Source of the DNA: the human T2T-CHM13v2.0 reference genome, Homo sapiens
Assembly: GCF_009914755.1 (NCBI RefSeq)
Contig: NC_060931.1
Strand: one strand, 5' to 3'
Length of the DNA: 64,000 nt
Below are positions 43,625 through 59,221 of this stretch, piece after piece. A program made the translations under genes and the position numbers. The first letter of the stretch is position 1, and the number at the start of each line of letters is the position of its first letter. The notes beneath the pieces were generated by a model that worked only from the letters and a program-made list of their open reading frames with translations, was not told the origin of the DNA and made no database searches.

Positions 43625-43739
43625 ACATGGATTTGTGTCACCATGTACAGCAATTAAAATGTTTACACTTTTCCCCTCGAGGGCATTGATGTGTTTTCCT
43701 GAGCACTTCGAATAGCTACATGGTGTTTACTTTCTAGAT

Positions 43740-43935
43740 TATGGTTTTTCAACCTTGGTGCTATTTGCCTTTAGGACCAGAGGATTCTTTGTTGTGGGAG
43801 GCTGCCCTAGCAATGCTAGAAGTTTCATTTGACCTCTAAATTTCACACACCCAGCAGTCTTGACATCCCCACAATAACCCTAGACATTGCCAAATGTCTC
43901 CTGGGGAAAAATCTCCACCAGTTGACAGCCAAAGT
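43740..43935. mobile_element. MER20 hAT-Charlie MITE
   Basis: ggtttttcaaccttggtgctatt...attctttgttgtggg...agacattgccaaatgtctcctgggg...ccagttga. Confidence 0.85.
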
Positions 43936-44921
43936 TCTTGAAATATTGGAATTGTGAGCTGAGTTTTTATGTTATCCAAAACAAATATTTTTCTTTGTTT
44001 TTAAACATCTACTTCCATCTACTTATCTACTTATCTTTACTTTTATTTGTAACTTAATTCCATCAAGGATAGAGAGTGCATTTTCTGTTATGCTAAATTT
44101 TTCAAGAATGTAGTGATTTTTTATGACCTGATATATGGATGATATGTAGATCTTACATGTTTGTATTTCCAAATTTCAGGGCAATAATAAGATAAATACT
44201 TCTATTTATATTGTCACTGTATATTAGTTATTTTCTTTTTTCACTATAGGAGTTTTTCAGCCTATAGACTAGTTTTCAATTCTAGGTTATCCAGTAGATT
44301 TTGAAATGTTATGATGAAATATCTACTTCTCAAGCATTCATCTTTGCAGATGAATCAATCCCAAGCTCTTATAATGAACATCATATAAAGGGCAGATTAG
44401 TGAATATATGATTCAGAAATAATGATGTAATATTTATAAGAAAATTAAAAATTTAGATCCTTAACTCAGATAACAATAATCCAAATTAAAATTTGACTTA
44501 ATTACGTAATTTAAAATGACACCAGAATACTAGTAAAAATGTAGATAAGTTTATGTAATCCTTTTTATCTGTAGGACTTTATTAGCATGAATTCAAGTAC
44601 AGGAACCAAAGTAAGATTGAGACCTATAGTAAAAGGATAAAATGTACACTTAATAGTGGCATGATTAAACTAATTTAAAGCATAATAACATGGAGAAATA
44701 TTGGAAAATATACATTTTACTGTATTAATTGTTAATATTCTTATTTAATCATTAAGTGAGAACAAAAGTAAGGAGTAGCTACACACACACACACACAAGT
44801 GTTCAGCTACACTAGAAATCACACCTGTTTTTTCTCCACAGAAGAGTAAAGATTAAAAATCACAATAATATTTATTGTACATATGGAGGTAAAGATACTT
44901 AAAATATTACCCTAAAATACA

Positions 44922-45204
<283 letters not shown>

Positions 45205-45631
45205 AACTTTTTGACATATTTCAAGGTGGTTACTCAGAAGACTGGAAATAGCTTCTTCTATAAGAATAGCTGAAAAGCTGTGTTCATTGGGGAGATTTGC
45301 ATTTGTAGAGAAAATCTGCATTGATATAGACAGGCTTTCCCTGAGACACTCCCTTGTCTGGGTTTAGGAAAGATTAACTGAGTCTGGCACTTTTAAAGTT
45401 CTAAAAACCATTTCCTATCTACTCTTCCCAAGAGGAGGGCTGCTCCCTGTGAGATTTCATCCACATAACAAGACCACCTCTGCTGCCAGGCTCCTCTTTC
45501 TTCCTCATCGTCACCTGTCTTCCGCAAAGCCTGATTTACCAACATACAGCTGTGTGTTTTCTGTAACCTCAAGACAGCATAGACGTGTTAACTACCTTGC
45601 CGTTCCTGGAGTTTATATATATATAATATAT

Positions 45632-45787
45632 ATTTGTATATATATTTATAATATACAAATATTTGTATATATATTTATAATATACAAATATTTGTATATA
45701 TATTTATAATATACAAATATTTATATATATTTATAATATACAAATATTTGTATATTTATAATATACAAATATTTGTATATATATTTG
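45632..45787. repeat. AT-rich minisatellite, 29-bp unit atttgtatatatatttataatatacaaat, about 5.5 copies
   Basis: Units start at 45632, 45661, 45690 (29 bp each), 45719 (27 bp), 45746 (25 bp) and 45771 (partial). Confidence 0.92.
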
Positions 45788-47315
45788 TGTATATATGTTT
45801 TTATATATTATGTAAACTCCAAGTGCATACTTGTGCACATAATTATATCTGTAAACCTTTTTTTCCTGTTAATTTGTACATTACCAGTTTGTTTTATAGA
45901 CTCAAATAATTAAAGCTTCAAGGGAAAAATTTAAACTTTCCTATAGAGAAAAGACAAATATATATGTGACAATATTTAGAGTGTAAGTCGCTGAAAGCTT
46001 TTTAAAGGTATATTTGCAATTTGTGTCAAAACATTTAAATATACATTAGTTACTTTAACTATAAAATTACAAATAATTTAAGCTAAATACATAATATATA
46101 CAGAAAATTTAGCAATATTTGTATGTGGCACCTTACTGTGCATTACTGTAACCAACAGTCTAATATAAAGAACTAATTAAGGTAGCACCTACTTTTCAAA
46201 TATCTTTTTTCACAGACCTATTAAATAAGAGAAATAACATTTTAACTTTATTTTTAAATTTGCACAATAGTATTTTTCAGCAGATGGTTTATTTTAGCAA
46301 ATTCCATCTTCACATTGTGCTATGCTTTTATGAGTTCCAGCTGTTAACAGATAATATTTTACTGCTGAATCTATCATGTGTGATATAATTGCTCATTATG
46401 TGCCTTAAAAGACAAGCAATATAGTTATTTTCAACTTGGAGCAAATTAAAATCTTATCAGCAATTTAAAAAATCTAGAGTTGTCTTCTTCTGGTTAATTA
46501 TTTTAAACTTGTATTTTTCTCTTTATGTTTTTCGTAAGTTGTCTTATCAAGGAGAAGAACTCAAGCTGATTATTCTTTTTTTTCTCTTCCATCCACCTTG
46601 CAGGTGTGTTAATAATTTCATTTCTCAGAAAATGTTCTTTCATATCCATCTTACAAGATGAGAGACCTTTTAACATCTTCCACTCAGATGTGATACCAGT
46701 AATGGAAAATATTCCAGCTTCATGAATATGGTGATACAAATAGTTATCCGTCTAACCTCTTTCAGTGCCAAATGTTTACTTTACTCAGTGAATTACTCAG
46801 TTGACTGGTAATTTCTTCTGAAATCACAAATGAGAGGATCAGAGGTTTGGCTGTTGTCTGTACCTCATATGACTCCCAGTGCAGACAATTGTTTCTGTGG
46901 AGCAGAGACAGTTGAAAGGATTGACTTCCTGCCTAGAATAGTTTCTGCTGTGCTTCTTGTCCTTCTTGTGGAGATTTCAGATTATCTGAATTGCTTTTCT
47001 ATCTTAAGAAAAAACTCAACAATTCTCCCACCTGAGAGGAATGTAAACTGTAGTAAGTTAGCAGAAGCAATCCGTAAAGCTTTTACATTGTTTGTTGTAA
47101 AACGCAGGGTTGGTGTCTCCATCACTAACCTTTTATATCCCTCATTGCTCTTTCTTTGACTGTGATAGGATACCTCTAGGCAAATCTGTATCCCCGAGAC
47201 AGAGTGCCCTTTTGGTTAGCTATAAGTACACTCAATGGTAGGCTGAAAATATTAGTTTTTATCTATGGTGAAATTGAATCATATCAGTGATTTTTTAAAA
47301 AGGAAATTTAACTCT

Positions 47316-47490
47316 TGCTATGGTTTGAATGCTTGCCCCTTCCAAATTTCATGTTAAACTTTGATCCCCAGTGTTGCAGGTGGGGCTTACTGGGAGGTGT
47401 TGGGTCATGGGGATGGACCTTCGTTAATGGATAATACCCTCCCTTAGGAATCTCAAGCTATCCTCCCTCTTTGGTGCCCTTAGGAATGAG
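47316..47490 (+). mobile_element. MST-family MaLR LTR 5' fragment
   Basis: tgctatggtttgaatg...catgttaaactttgatccccagtgttgcaggtgggg...gggaggtgttgggtcatggg. Confidence 0.8.
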
Positions 47491-47499
47491 TGTACCATT

Positions 47500-50400
47500 C
47501 TTTATTCAACTATAAGTCCCCCACCCATCCTTTTTGAGATATCAATTACATGTATGTTACACTGCCGCATATTGTCTCACGTATTAGTGAGTTTCTGGCT
47601 TTCTTATTTTAGTTTAGCCTTTGTCCTTCAGTTTGTAAAGCTTCTATTTTTTTCTATAAATTTTCTGATGTTAGGGTAATATCCATTACTTATTCTATCT
47701 CATGGAATTTTTATTTCAAATATTCATTTTTCATCTATACATGTCACATTTTCATTTTATAACTTCTATTTTTCTCCTATGTTCAATTTTCATTTAAGTA
47801 ATTTGACATATATATGTATTTATCTATATGTATTTATAAAATATATATTACTTCAAGGACTTTGAAAATTCCTTCTTCTGTGTCATTTATAAATGACTTA
47901 TCTTTATCCTGTTAATATATATCTTAATAATATATATCTTCCGGCTTCTTCGCATATCAGAGTTTTTTTGGGGGGTATTTTGATGTTATGCTATTGAATA
48001 TCTAGATTTTATTATCTACCTTTGAACAATGTTGTGGCAGGCAGTTCAGTAACTTCAGGATGAGTATTTTTCTGTTGTTGTTTTAAATCTTCTCTTTAAA
48101 CTTTGTTGAATTAGTCTAGAGCCATCTGTAATTTGGAGCTAAATGAGCACTATCACTAGGGAATGAACCTCCAGTGGTCTTTACTGAATATCCTGGATGT
48201 TCAGAGGGGATTCCCTTCTCTGGCTGATCAGAGCTAACATGTCTTCCTGTCATGTGATGCCAGGGAAGTGTTCTTCTTCCAAATCCCTGGTAGAGTCCTT
48301 TGCTGAGCTCCTTAGAATTTCATCCTATGTACATTTGGCTTAGGGACTTGGGAGAAACCTTATGCTGATTCTTGGTTCCTTTTTCTGTAAATGCTCTCTT
48401 CTACAAATTCTGGCTGCTTAACCTTTTTTGATTTTTATCTGGTTCCTCAATGCAATGACAATGTCTGCTCTCTCTGGGATTCCTCTGTACTGCTGTCACG
48501 GAGAACCTGGGAAGAAAGCAGGACTCATTCTGGCTCCTTCTCTTCTCTTGCAGAACACAGTCCTGTGCTGCCTCATGTTCAGTATTTCAAAAAAATGTTT
48601 CATATATTTTGTCCAGTTTACTATTCTTTAACTCTAAAAGAGTAACTCCAGTCCCAGTTATAGCATCATGTTCTGTAACTCTACTCCTTGTTTCTTCATT
48701 CTGCCGTTGTCTGGTATGATCGTCCCTTTCCCTTCTGTAATCAGGCCAAGAGCATAATATAATACTAGTTATAACTGCACAGCTTGCCTCTGTTGTGTAA
48801 AAAAATCACTGAGACTTAACTGTGTCCAACTTTTTAAATGTGAATATAAGTACAACTAAAGCTATATTTTGGTTAATATTTGCATTGCATGCTTTTCCAT
48901 TATTTACTTTCAACATATGCGAAATATAAATATAAATTATAAAATCTTTGAAAGAGTCCATTTAAAAAAATCTGGTCTGATCATGTTTTAACTGGTTTAT
49001 TACAATGTGCATTCTTGACTTCAGGGTCTAATATAATTGGTACATTAATCTATTTGCAAAAAAATACTTGACAATATTTTTAAATTAATTTATCCAACTC
49101 ACAGCTTATATGCTTCTGCTATTGTATCAAAGATAAATTTTAAACTTTATGAGATAGCATTCTGTTATACAGTCGATATCTAATTAAATTTCTCTCCATG
49201 TTTATTTCTTTCATTAAAAAAAAATCGTTCTTCTAACTGCAAACTTTCATCAAGGATCATTGCTCTTCTACCTGAAGAATAATCTTTAGTATTTATTTTC
49301 CTGTGGGTCTGCTTGAGAAAAATTCTTTATTGTATCTTTGCTTTTGATGGATGTGTCCACCAAGTAGACCGTTCTAGGTCGGCACTTATTTTATTTCAGG
49401 ACTTGAAAGATATCAATACCTCACTTGTTGGCTTTCATTGTTTCATTTGAGAAGGTTGTTGTCAGTCAACTCTTTCTCTTTGTAGTTAGCCCAATTTTTT
49501 CGTCAAGTGCTCTTTACATTTTTCTTTTACTTTTCAGAGGTTGTCCCATTATGTTTCTAGGTGTGTCCTCTGTGTGTGTTTTCCTTTGGTTTGCAAAGCC
49601 TCCTGAACCTGTGGTTTAATATTATTGGTCAATTTTGATAAAACCCCTAACATTGCCACTTAAAATGCTGTTCAGACCAGCTGTTTTCTTCTTAGATTTC
49701 AACATGTTAGATTATTACTGTATCTTTTATATTTTTTAAATGACCTTTCTCTTTTTATCTCTGTACTGTAATATTTCTAAATTTTCATTTCTTTTGTCCT
49801 TCTGTGCACTAAACTGAATGCTTTATTCTGACTTGTTGTATTTCACACTTCATTTTCTAGTATGCCTTCAAAGTACATCAAATATTATCTAAATTTTCAC
49901 TATTTTATTTTTCAGTTCTAAAAATTGAATTCTTTTCCTTTTTCACATGTAATACTTAAACGTGTATTTGCTGAAGTTCTCAATCTTTTATTTATTTGAC
50001 TATAATAAGAGTTATTAAAGTCAGTTTTAACAAATTTGCTATTCATGCAAAGTTATGTGTGTTTATAACTAATGTTTATCCCTTTTCTTTATTTCTAGTC
50101 ATATTGTGTTATCTCTTCTTTTGCCTGGATATTTTCCAGTGGTATGCCATCTATTTATTATGAATACTTTCAGATGTAATTTGAGGCTTAGATTGATGTG
50201 ATTTCCCTCCTGTTTGCTTTTTACCAGACACAAAGCTTCGGTTCATTGTTCCTCTCCAATGAATCAAGGATTGAGATGATTCAAAGCTAATTTTTTAGCC
50301 CCTACAAAAGGTGGGCTATTTGCTGCTTACCCTGATAACAGACTAGCTAATTAATACAAAGTGAGGCTTGGGGTAATTACCAATGCTTTCTTCTCTTTGG

Positions 50401-50680
50401 CAGGGCTTTTAATCCTGTCCTCCCCTGCCCATCCCCTCCCCTGTTTATACTTTTGTTTAAAGCTCTTCTCAGGGTGTCTGCCATCTCAAAGCAAACATGT
50501 AAAAATGATCCCAGGAAACATTTAGTCCTCAATTCTGACCTCTTCTCTTTGTGATTCTTTTCCTTGTGACCTGGGATTTGTCATTCTTCACTGCCATGTC
50601 AGCATTATGTCTTCAAATATATATTTTTAAAAGATCCATATATCAGATTTTTTGAGCAGGAGGATTCTTCCAAATTGTCT
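47500..50680 (-). mobile_element. Mosaic of old L1M/HAL1-type ORF1-region fragments
   Basis: caattacatgtatgttac...tattgtctcac; atctttagtatt...gggtctgcttg...aattct; ggctttcattgtttcatttgagaag. Confidence 0.6.
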
Positions 50681-51023
50681 AATGTGCCATTTCAGGCAAA
50701 AGACTTCATATTAAAAATAAATAGGAAGATGTTTGCATGTACTTCATAAGAAACATATCCAAATTCCCCATGGAAAGTGTTCCACCCAGTCAGAAATAAG
50801 GAAATGAAAAACAAAATCACCATGAAATGAAATCGCTACTCATTCACTACATAATGACTAATATTTTTAAAAAGTGTGTGTATATATATATATAAAACCT
50901 CTGATGATGATATGATGTGACCACCATGTTGTAAGCATATATATATATACACTAACCCTTGACAAGGATATAAATCAACTGGATCTTTCATATTAAGTAT
51001 ATTGCTGGTAGCAAGGAATATAC

Positions 51024-51457
51024 TTGCAGGTGAGCCCCCAAATGGAGTGTAGCCTGTAATGTTTCTTAAGAGGTGGAAGAAAACAGTTTTATTGAAGTGG
51101 CAGTGTTACAACTCTGTGACTGCTCCTGCAGAGCAGGGCTACCCTGTAGGCTGAGAGTAGCAGTTTAGGGCAGTTTTGCTGTTATAATTTATACACACTT
51201 TCAATTGCATGCAGACTAAGGGGCAGTTTACACAGAAATTTCTAGGGAAGGGGCAGTAACTTTTGGGTCGTTGGGTCATTGCCAAGAAAAGGGGCAGTAA
51301 CTCCTGGGAGTTGCCATGGCAACAGCAAATTGACATGGCACACTGGTGGGTGTGTTTGATGGAAAGCTGCTTCTATCCTGACCCTGTTTTAGCTAGTCCT
51401 CCATCTGGTCCAATGTCTGATCCCCAACTCTCGAGTCTAGTCCTGCCTTATACCTCA
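51024..51457 (-). mobile_element. MER66-like ERV1 solo LTR
   Basis: gaaaacagttttattgaag...gactgctcctgcagagcagggctaccc...gtcctgccttatacctca; 4-bp TSD atac at 51020-51023 and 51458-51461. Confidence 0.85.
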
Positions 51458-51577
51458 ATACCACTTGGGACAAATATTTGGGTTAATATACCAAAACTAA
51501 ATGACTGTGTGATGTATATACACACACACACAGTATACAAGTCCCCCTCTAACTGGAAATGGCCCCAATAGCCATCT

Positions 51578-52335
51578 CTCTGGTTATCCATCACTGCATA
51601 AGTAAACAGTACAAAACTGACTACCTTGCAAGGGTGTCCAAGGGAGAGAATACAGTCATGGGCTCTCAGACTGTATAAGGGGCCAATAAAGCCCCTTCCT
51701 CATCCCTCTTTTCCACTTATCGCTAGAGACAGAAGCTAAAAACCATGTCTGCAGGCTGCTAAAAGCCTAAAACAAAACAAAACAACAACAACAACAACAA
51801 AATAAGGTGGGTTGGACAAGCTTGCTAAAGCAACAACCACTTTATCTCAAGATTTTGTGGGTCAGGAATTTAGTATGGGACCAGCTGGGCAATTATTCTG
51901 CTCCAAGCTTGCACTGCCAGCTGAGGTCACTATGTAATACCCACTTGGGAGGAAGAAGGGCCATTCTGGGAAAGATAACATGGCTTCATTCCCATGTTAC
52001 ATTCGTAGGGATGACTGGAAAGCTGAATCAGCTGGCACTGTTGACCCGCATACCTACACATAACCTCTATAGTGTGGTGGTCACATCATAGCATCATCAG
52101 AGGTCTTATATGACAATTCAGGACCCTCAGATAGAGTGTCTTAAGGGACTGGAATTGAATGCTGCCTGTCTCAATGTCTAGGACCAAAAGCTTCTTGTGA
52201 AAAATCCGAGCTTCACTTTCCTGTATTCTATTGATCAAAAAAGCCATAGAGCCCATGCAAATTCAAAGGGAAAGGAAATTGATTATCTTTCTGTAAAAGG
52301 AGTGCCAAAGTGTATGCACTTTCTTCTCTACAACA
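51578..52335 (-). mobile_element. MLT1H-like MaLR LTR interrupted by a hAT MITE
   Basis: gattttgtgggtcaggaatt...cagctgggcaatt; cacttt cctgtattctattgatcaaaa...attcaaaggg. Confidence 0.7.
51629..51824 (+). mobile_element. MER107/MER30-related hAT-Charlie MITE
   Basis: MER30-type termini caagggtgtcca ... ttggacaagcttg; no clean 8-bp TSD. Confidence 0.8.
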
Positions 52336-53943
<1,608 letters not shown>

Positions 53944-53959
53944 AAAGTGCTCAAAAAAT

Positions 53960-54320
53960 CTATTAATTAAAAAATGTGTATGTAGCCATTTTAATCTACC
54001 ATGTCCATTAGCAGATAAATACTATAAGCAAAATAGCAACAATGAAATAAACATAGCCTTAGAGTATATACTCTGATTTATTTCATAAAAATTTGAAAAT
54101 AGACCAAGTTACTCTATGATTAAAAACAATCTGTTACTATTGAGGATGAGGGTTAGTGTTTGGAAAGGGGCAGGGGAAGTATCACTATTTTTAGTAATGT
54201 TCTATTTTCATATATGGTTATAAGCAAATAAATGTGTTTCATTAATCAAGTTGTCCATATTTAATCATAGTACTTTTCTGGATGTATGATATATGTCAAT
54301 AAAATGTCTTAAATTATATA
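53960..54320 (+). mobile_element. L1ME 3'-end fragment
   Basis: gtaatgttctatttt...tacttttctggatgtatgatatatgtcaataaaa. Confidence 0.55.
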
Positions 54321-55000
54321 CAGCAAAAATAGACAAAACCACAAGAATATATACACACATGTTAAACCTAGAGAGAAGTTTGAATGTAAGTAAGTCTCTG
54401 AATGACTGGTAGAACAAAGAGAAAATTAATCAGGATGTAGAGGTTTGGAACAGCATGATTAGCAAAATTGACATATCTGTCTTTTAATATAGGCAGAAAC
54501 ATAGTTAGATAAAAAAAGGACTTGTCTCAGAGTATGACTTCTGAAAATAGTGGAATCGAGTTTGAATCTAGTAACTACATGTAAATAAATGTCTTAAAAC
54601 TCCTCTTATGTTAGCTACTTAAGAAATATTATTGTAATAGATATTAGAAAATATTTTAATAAATTGAGTGGATTTCACACTCTAAGGAAATAATCTTACT
54701 TGCATGATAGTTCAATTACATACATATATACCTATAGGTAGTTTAAAATATTTCTAATGACCTTATAGACTTTTAAAAAGCATTGATATCTGTTTGGACT
54801 ATCTGGTCTGTAGAGTACACATACCACACATGATTATAGCTCTTCTGCTATAAACTTCAAATGTCTAATTAATACAAAAATCTAGAATGAGAACAGTTCT
54901 TTGCAATTTTTTTTTTTTTTTTTTTTTTTGCAGAATAGAACATAGGAAAGATAGCTGCAAATATACCTGACACACTTATCTGTGAGTATGGTGGTAGCCT

Positions 55001-55296
55001 TTATATTTTTATTTTTATTTTTTTGAGAGAGGGTCTCACTTTGTCACCCAAGATGGAGTGCAGTGATGTGATCAGAGCTCACTTAAGCCTTCATATACTG
55101 TGCTCAAGTGATTCTCCCACCTCAGCCTCCTGCGTAGCAGGGACTGCAGGTGCATGACACCATACTAGCTAATTTTTGTAGAGATGGGGTTTCACCATGT
55201 TGCCCTGGCTGATCTCCAACTCCTGGACTCAAGAGATCTGGCCACCTTCGCCTCCCAAAGTGCTGGGATTATAGTTTTGAGGCACCCCAATTAGCC
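55001..55296 (-). mobile_element. AluJ SINE
   Basis: gagagggtctcactttgtcaccca...gctcaagtgattctcccacctcagcc...ctcctggactcaag; TSD-like agcctt. Confidence 0.9.
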
Positions 55297-56089
55297 CAGC
55301 CTTAAAAAAGGCTGACTAGATATCTATATCTATGTGTATCTGCCTATATATATAAAATAGATAAACATGTTTATTATATAAAAATATATATTATTAATAT
55401 TATATAAAAAATTTTTTTCAAGGTAGAAATATATAAAGATGGTGCATGTGGAGCCTGGGTCATTGTGTAGTGAAGCTCAAGGCCTCTGAAGAAATGCCCC
55501 TTGCATCTTTTGTCTGGGCTAGAATCCAGGAAGGGAAAGCAGCATATGCACTGGTTCCCAGGTTCTTGGCATCCTACAGAGAGAAACATGTTTGAGCTAG
55601 GTTAGCGTTAAACACCCTTGTTCTTACTCTCCTGTTTTATGTAGTGAGCAGAGACTAGCTCCATGAGAACAGACTGTGACAGTCAAGGCTGTTATTTTGT
55701 GCAGCGTTAATTGAGAAATTCTAGCACCTGAAGATCTCTGGGCCATTTGAGGGCCATTTGAGGGTAGGTGCAGGGGAGGAAAGGGAAGTTTGCATCCCTC
55801 CTGCTGTGGAGATAACCTGTGGGAAGCACAGACCTTGTCCTAACTGAAGACAGACCCCCTTGCTAACCAGCTTCTCATCAGCCAACCCTGGATGAGTTTC
55901 CATGTGTATTTACTAAATAATCCTTAGTGCTTTTCTTCATATGGGTAAAGTATGGTTTACAGGGAATATTGTTCCTTTGAACACCCATTGTGCAAACCCC
56001 TTCCTGTTGTGGGAAAACAGGCTTCCATACATGTCTTATTGGGAAACTCATAGGCAATTTCTATGTTTTTAGTGCATCTATTTCATGGA

Positions 56090-56410
56090 TATGGGAACTG
56101 AATAGTGCCCATCAAAGGCTCACCTGATGTTGGAAATTGATCTGAGAGCACAGAAGGACAGAATTCTTTCTTTGTTCCTGGGCAATGGTGGTTGAGGGAT
56201 CATTTTGTGGCAGCTACAGTGGCAATGAGGGAGGCAGAATGGAGGGCTCAGAATGCTGCAATGGCAGCATTGCAGGGGTGCACTCTACAGAGCATTTGCT
56301 CACATGGTTTTGGGCATTGCTTCCCCAATGGGTTGACCCATTCTAAATAACTCCTTTTCTCCTTAAGAAAGCAAACTTCATTTGTATTACTTGCAATTGT
56401 AAATGACACC
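56090..56410 (+). mobile_element. Old MaLR/ERVL LTR fragment (MLT1J/K-like 3' end)
   Basis: aaataactccttttctccttaag...tttgtattacttgcaa. Confidence 0.45.
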
Positions 56411-59221
56411 AATTGGCCAGTTATCATTCAAATTCTCTGTTAACTAATCCTGCCTTTTCCTAATGTACGCATCTTTCCCCTAAAAAATTGGACACTTTGT
56501 TGCTTACTCATTGTCTTTACATATTTTAAAATGTTCCTTTATGCCCCCAATCCCTAACTACATTTTCAATGTTTTGCAAATGGAGTTCATGTGTTCTTGA
56601 TTTACATGAAGCTCAAAATAATGGTTTCAGTAACTAGTACTTCATAATCAAGCAACAAGCTCTTATTGAAAAATGACAGAACTATACATAGAGCTGACAA
56701 CATGGAGAGATATTTCCTGAGATCACAAAGTTATGGTATGGTAGAACTAGAACGTTGAGTAGAGATTCTGTGTTCCCAATTGTTATTTCTACCACCAGCT
56801 TTCTATTTTGATGTTAATAATGTTCTTATGTGGGAAACCCTACATATTTGCCAATGTTTAGTCCATTGACAAAGAAATATAAAGAGCATCAAGAACACTC
56901 TAATCTTTAAAAAATAAAATATCTATAATTGGCCATACAAAAAAAATTGGTACTTGACATATACCGAGATCGTTTTATTTTGTGCTAGACAAATGAAGTC
57001 ATAGAACAGAATGTGCTTTAAATATTATGAATAGTGCTTGCGTGTGTGTGTCTATAGATGCATGTTAGGCCACTGAAAAGTTTTATTATTCTTTCCAGGA
57101 GAGAGATTGCCAACTTTTGAACCTAATTAGAACAAGTATATTGCTTCTTCATATTTTTATTAAGGCAACAAGAGTCTAGTTAAAAATAATTCAACTTATC
57201 GTGGAAATGCTATAAATTGCTGTGAAGTGAGTTGCTGGCTATGGCTTGTCAGAGCAAATATGTTGCACAAATCTTAGGAGCGAATTAGTGCTTATGCATT
57301 AAAATCAAATCATCTTGCAGCACACTGAGCAAAAGGTTAGATTTTTAAAATAATTTCAAAGTCATGAAAAGAGCAAATATGCTCAACAAAGAGGCTAGCA
57401 GCCCTCAATAACCAATTCCCTTTTTATATAGTTTGGTATCTGAATTAGAATCCCAGAATCTACAAATTCCTCGGGGTGTGGGTGCTGCATTTTGAGGATT
57501 TTATAACACTGCCATCACCAAGCTCTCTTTTGATATTCACTTTAAGGAGATAATTTACAGGAAACCAGAGAGCATAAGCCAAAGTAGGTATCTATCTAGA
57601 TAGATAGATACATCTCCATATCATTGACAGGATACCTTCTGGCCGAGTGTGAGTACAACGTATGGGTGTGGTTGGAGAGAACACGTGTCCCACATGAATG
57701 GCAGATCATGATTATTACTTCTCATCTGCTGCAATGGTTCAATGTGTTAAGGAGAGGAGTGAGACAGCAAGAACTGCATTCATTCGGTCATACCGACCAA
57801 AAGCAGGAATGTCGCCCAGCCCTCTAAACTGACCCAAAACCCAGCTCATATCTCAGCTGCTACCTCTACTACTTAGAAAGAAGTAACTCCGCCAAAGCAA
57901 GGTTCTGGACAAATATATTTTTACCGATCTTATACAAATAGATGAAGATGGACTTGGATGGTAAGAAAAATAATACTATACAAAATCAAGAGTAGACGGT
58001 CACCTCTAGACTTAAATTAAGAGTGTGTACATTAGATAATTTAATCCAATGTATCAGGTAAAAACTTGAACAAACCTTTTGGCCTCTTCCATAAAATTCA
58101 GGGAAGCATGTCCTCTACAAAACAGAATCAAAATATAAATAAAAGACTGGCTTAAGATGAAAAGAAACCTTATAAATGATAAGAAGCCAGATGAGAGGCA
58201 CTTAACTGAGAATAAAAAGAAACTGAGTGGACAAAATAATTATGAGAAGATGAACCTTCAAATCAAAAAGAGGGAAAAAAGCTTATTTGATAATATGGGA
58301 ACTCAAAAGAGAGTGAACACAAATGTGAAAAATCCAAGAGTACAAAAAAGTAGCATAACTAAATTAAGAGCATGAGAAAATGTATACAATTTTGAGAAAT
58401 AAGAACAGAAATCAAAAGTTAGATTTGTATGTTAAATTTTAGTAGAGCAACACTGAAGAATAATGAAAACAAGAAATAATATGATTAAATATGAACATAT
58501 GGAGAACAGAATAATATTTTTAAAACTTTTAGTTTCTAAGTTTATCTGAAATTTTAATTTTGGTTTCTTATGTAATACCACAGTTATTAGGAAGGTATTA
58601 GCTAATAACACTATTTTCAGTGATATTTTATTGTAAGTATTTGTCCTAGAAAAATTTCTATTTTTAAAAAATGTATATTTAAAGATACATTAAATGTGTA
58701 TATACATCAGTCATATGTATCGATTTCTGTTTTTTTAATTGAAAATGAAATTTGTATTTTTGTGTTCCTGGAATAAAATAAACTTGAATGGATTGTAATA
58801 TATTATTCATGCTGTAATTCAATGTATTTGAATACTTTAAGAATGTTACATTTATAGTTAAGAGATATTAACCTATAAATTTTCTTTCATATAATGATGC
58901 TTTGAGACAATCTAAGAATAGTTAAAACTTTAAATTCATGTATTCCTACTTTTTTTTCTGTTCTCTAACTGTAATATATTTTAATTACAGATGGAGGAAC
59001 AGACAGATGTTAGATAAATAGCTATATAATAACTAGATCATCCAAAATTATTATTCTTATGGTTTTATGTAGTCAGTATTTACCTCTATTTTTCAACATG
59101 TTTATCCTTCCAATTTAGTTCATTACTTCCTGCACCTTTGATGTCATATATATAAACAGGAAATAATACATGGTAGCCAGGATGTAGAGAGAGCCACAGG
59201 ACTTGTGAATAAAATCCACAG

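Noticed and set aside
45632-45787. CRISPR-like array
   Set aside because: Head-to-tail units without unique spacers, in primate DNA with no cas genes.
46830-47159. 109-aa ATG ORF in unique sequence
   Set aside because: No family similarity that I recognise and no supporting promoter or splice structure; compatible with chance.
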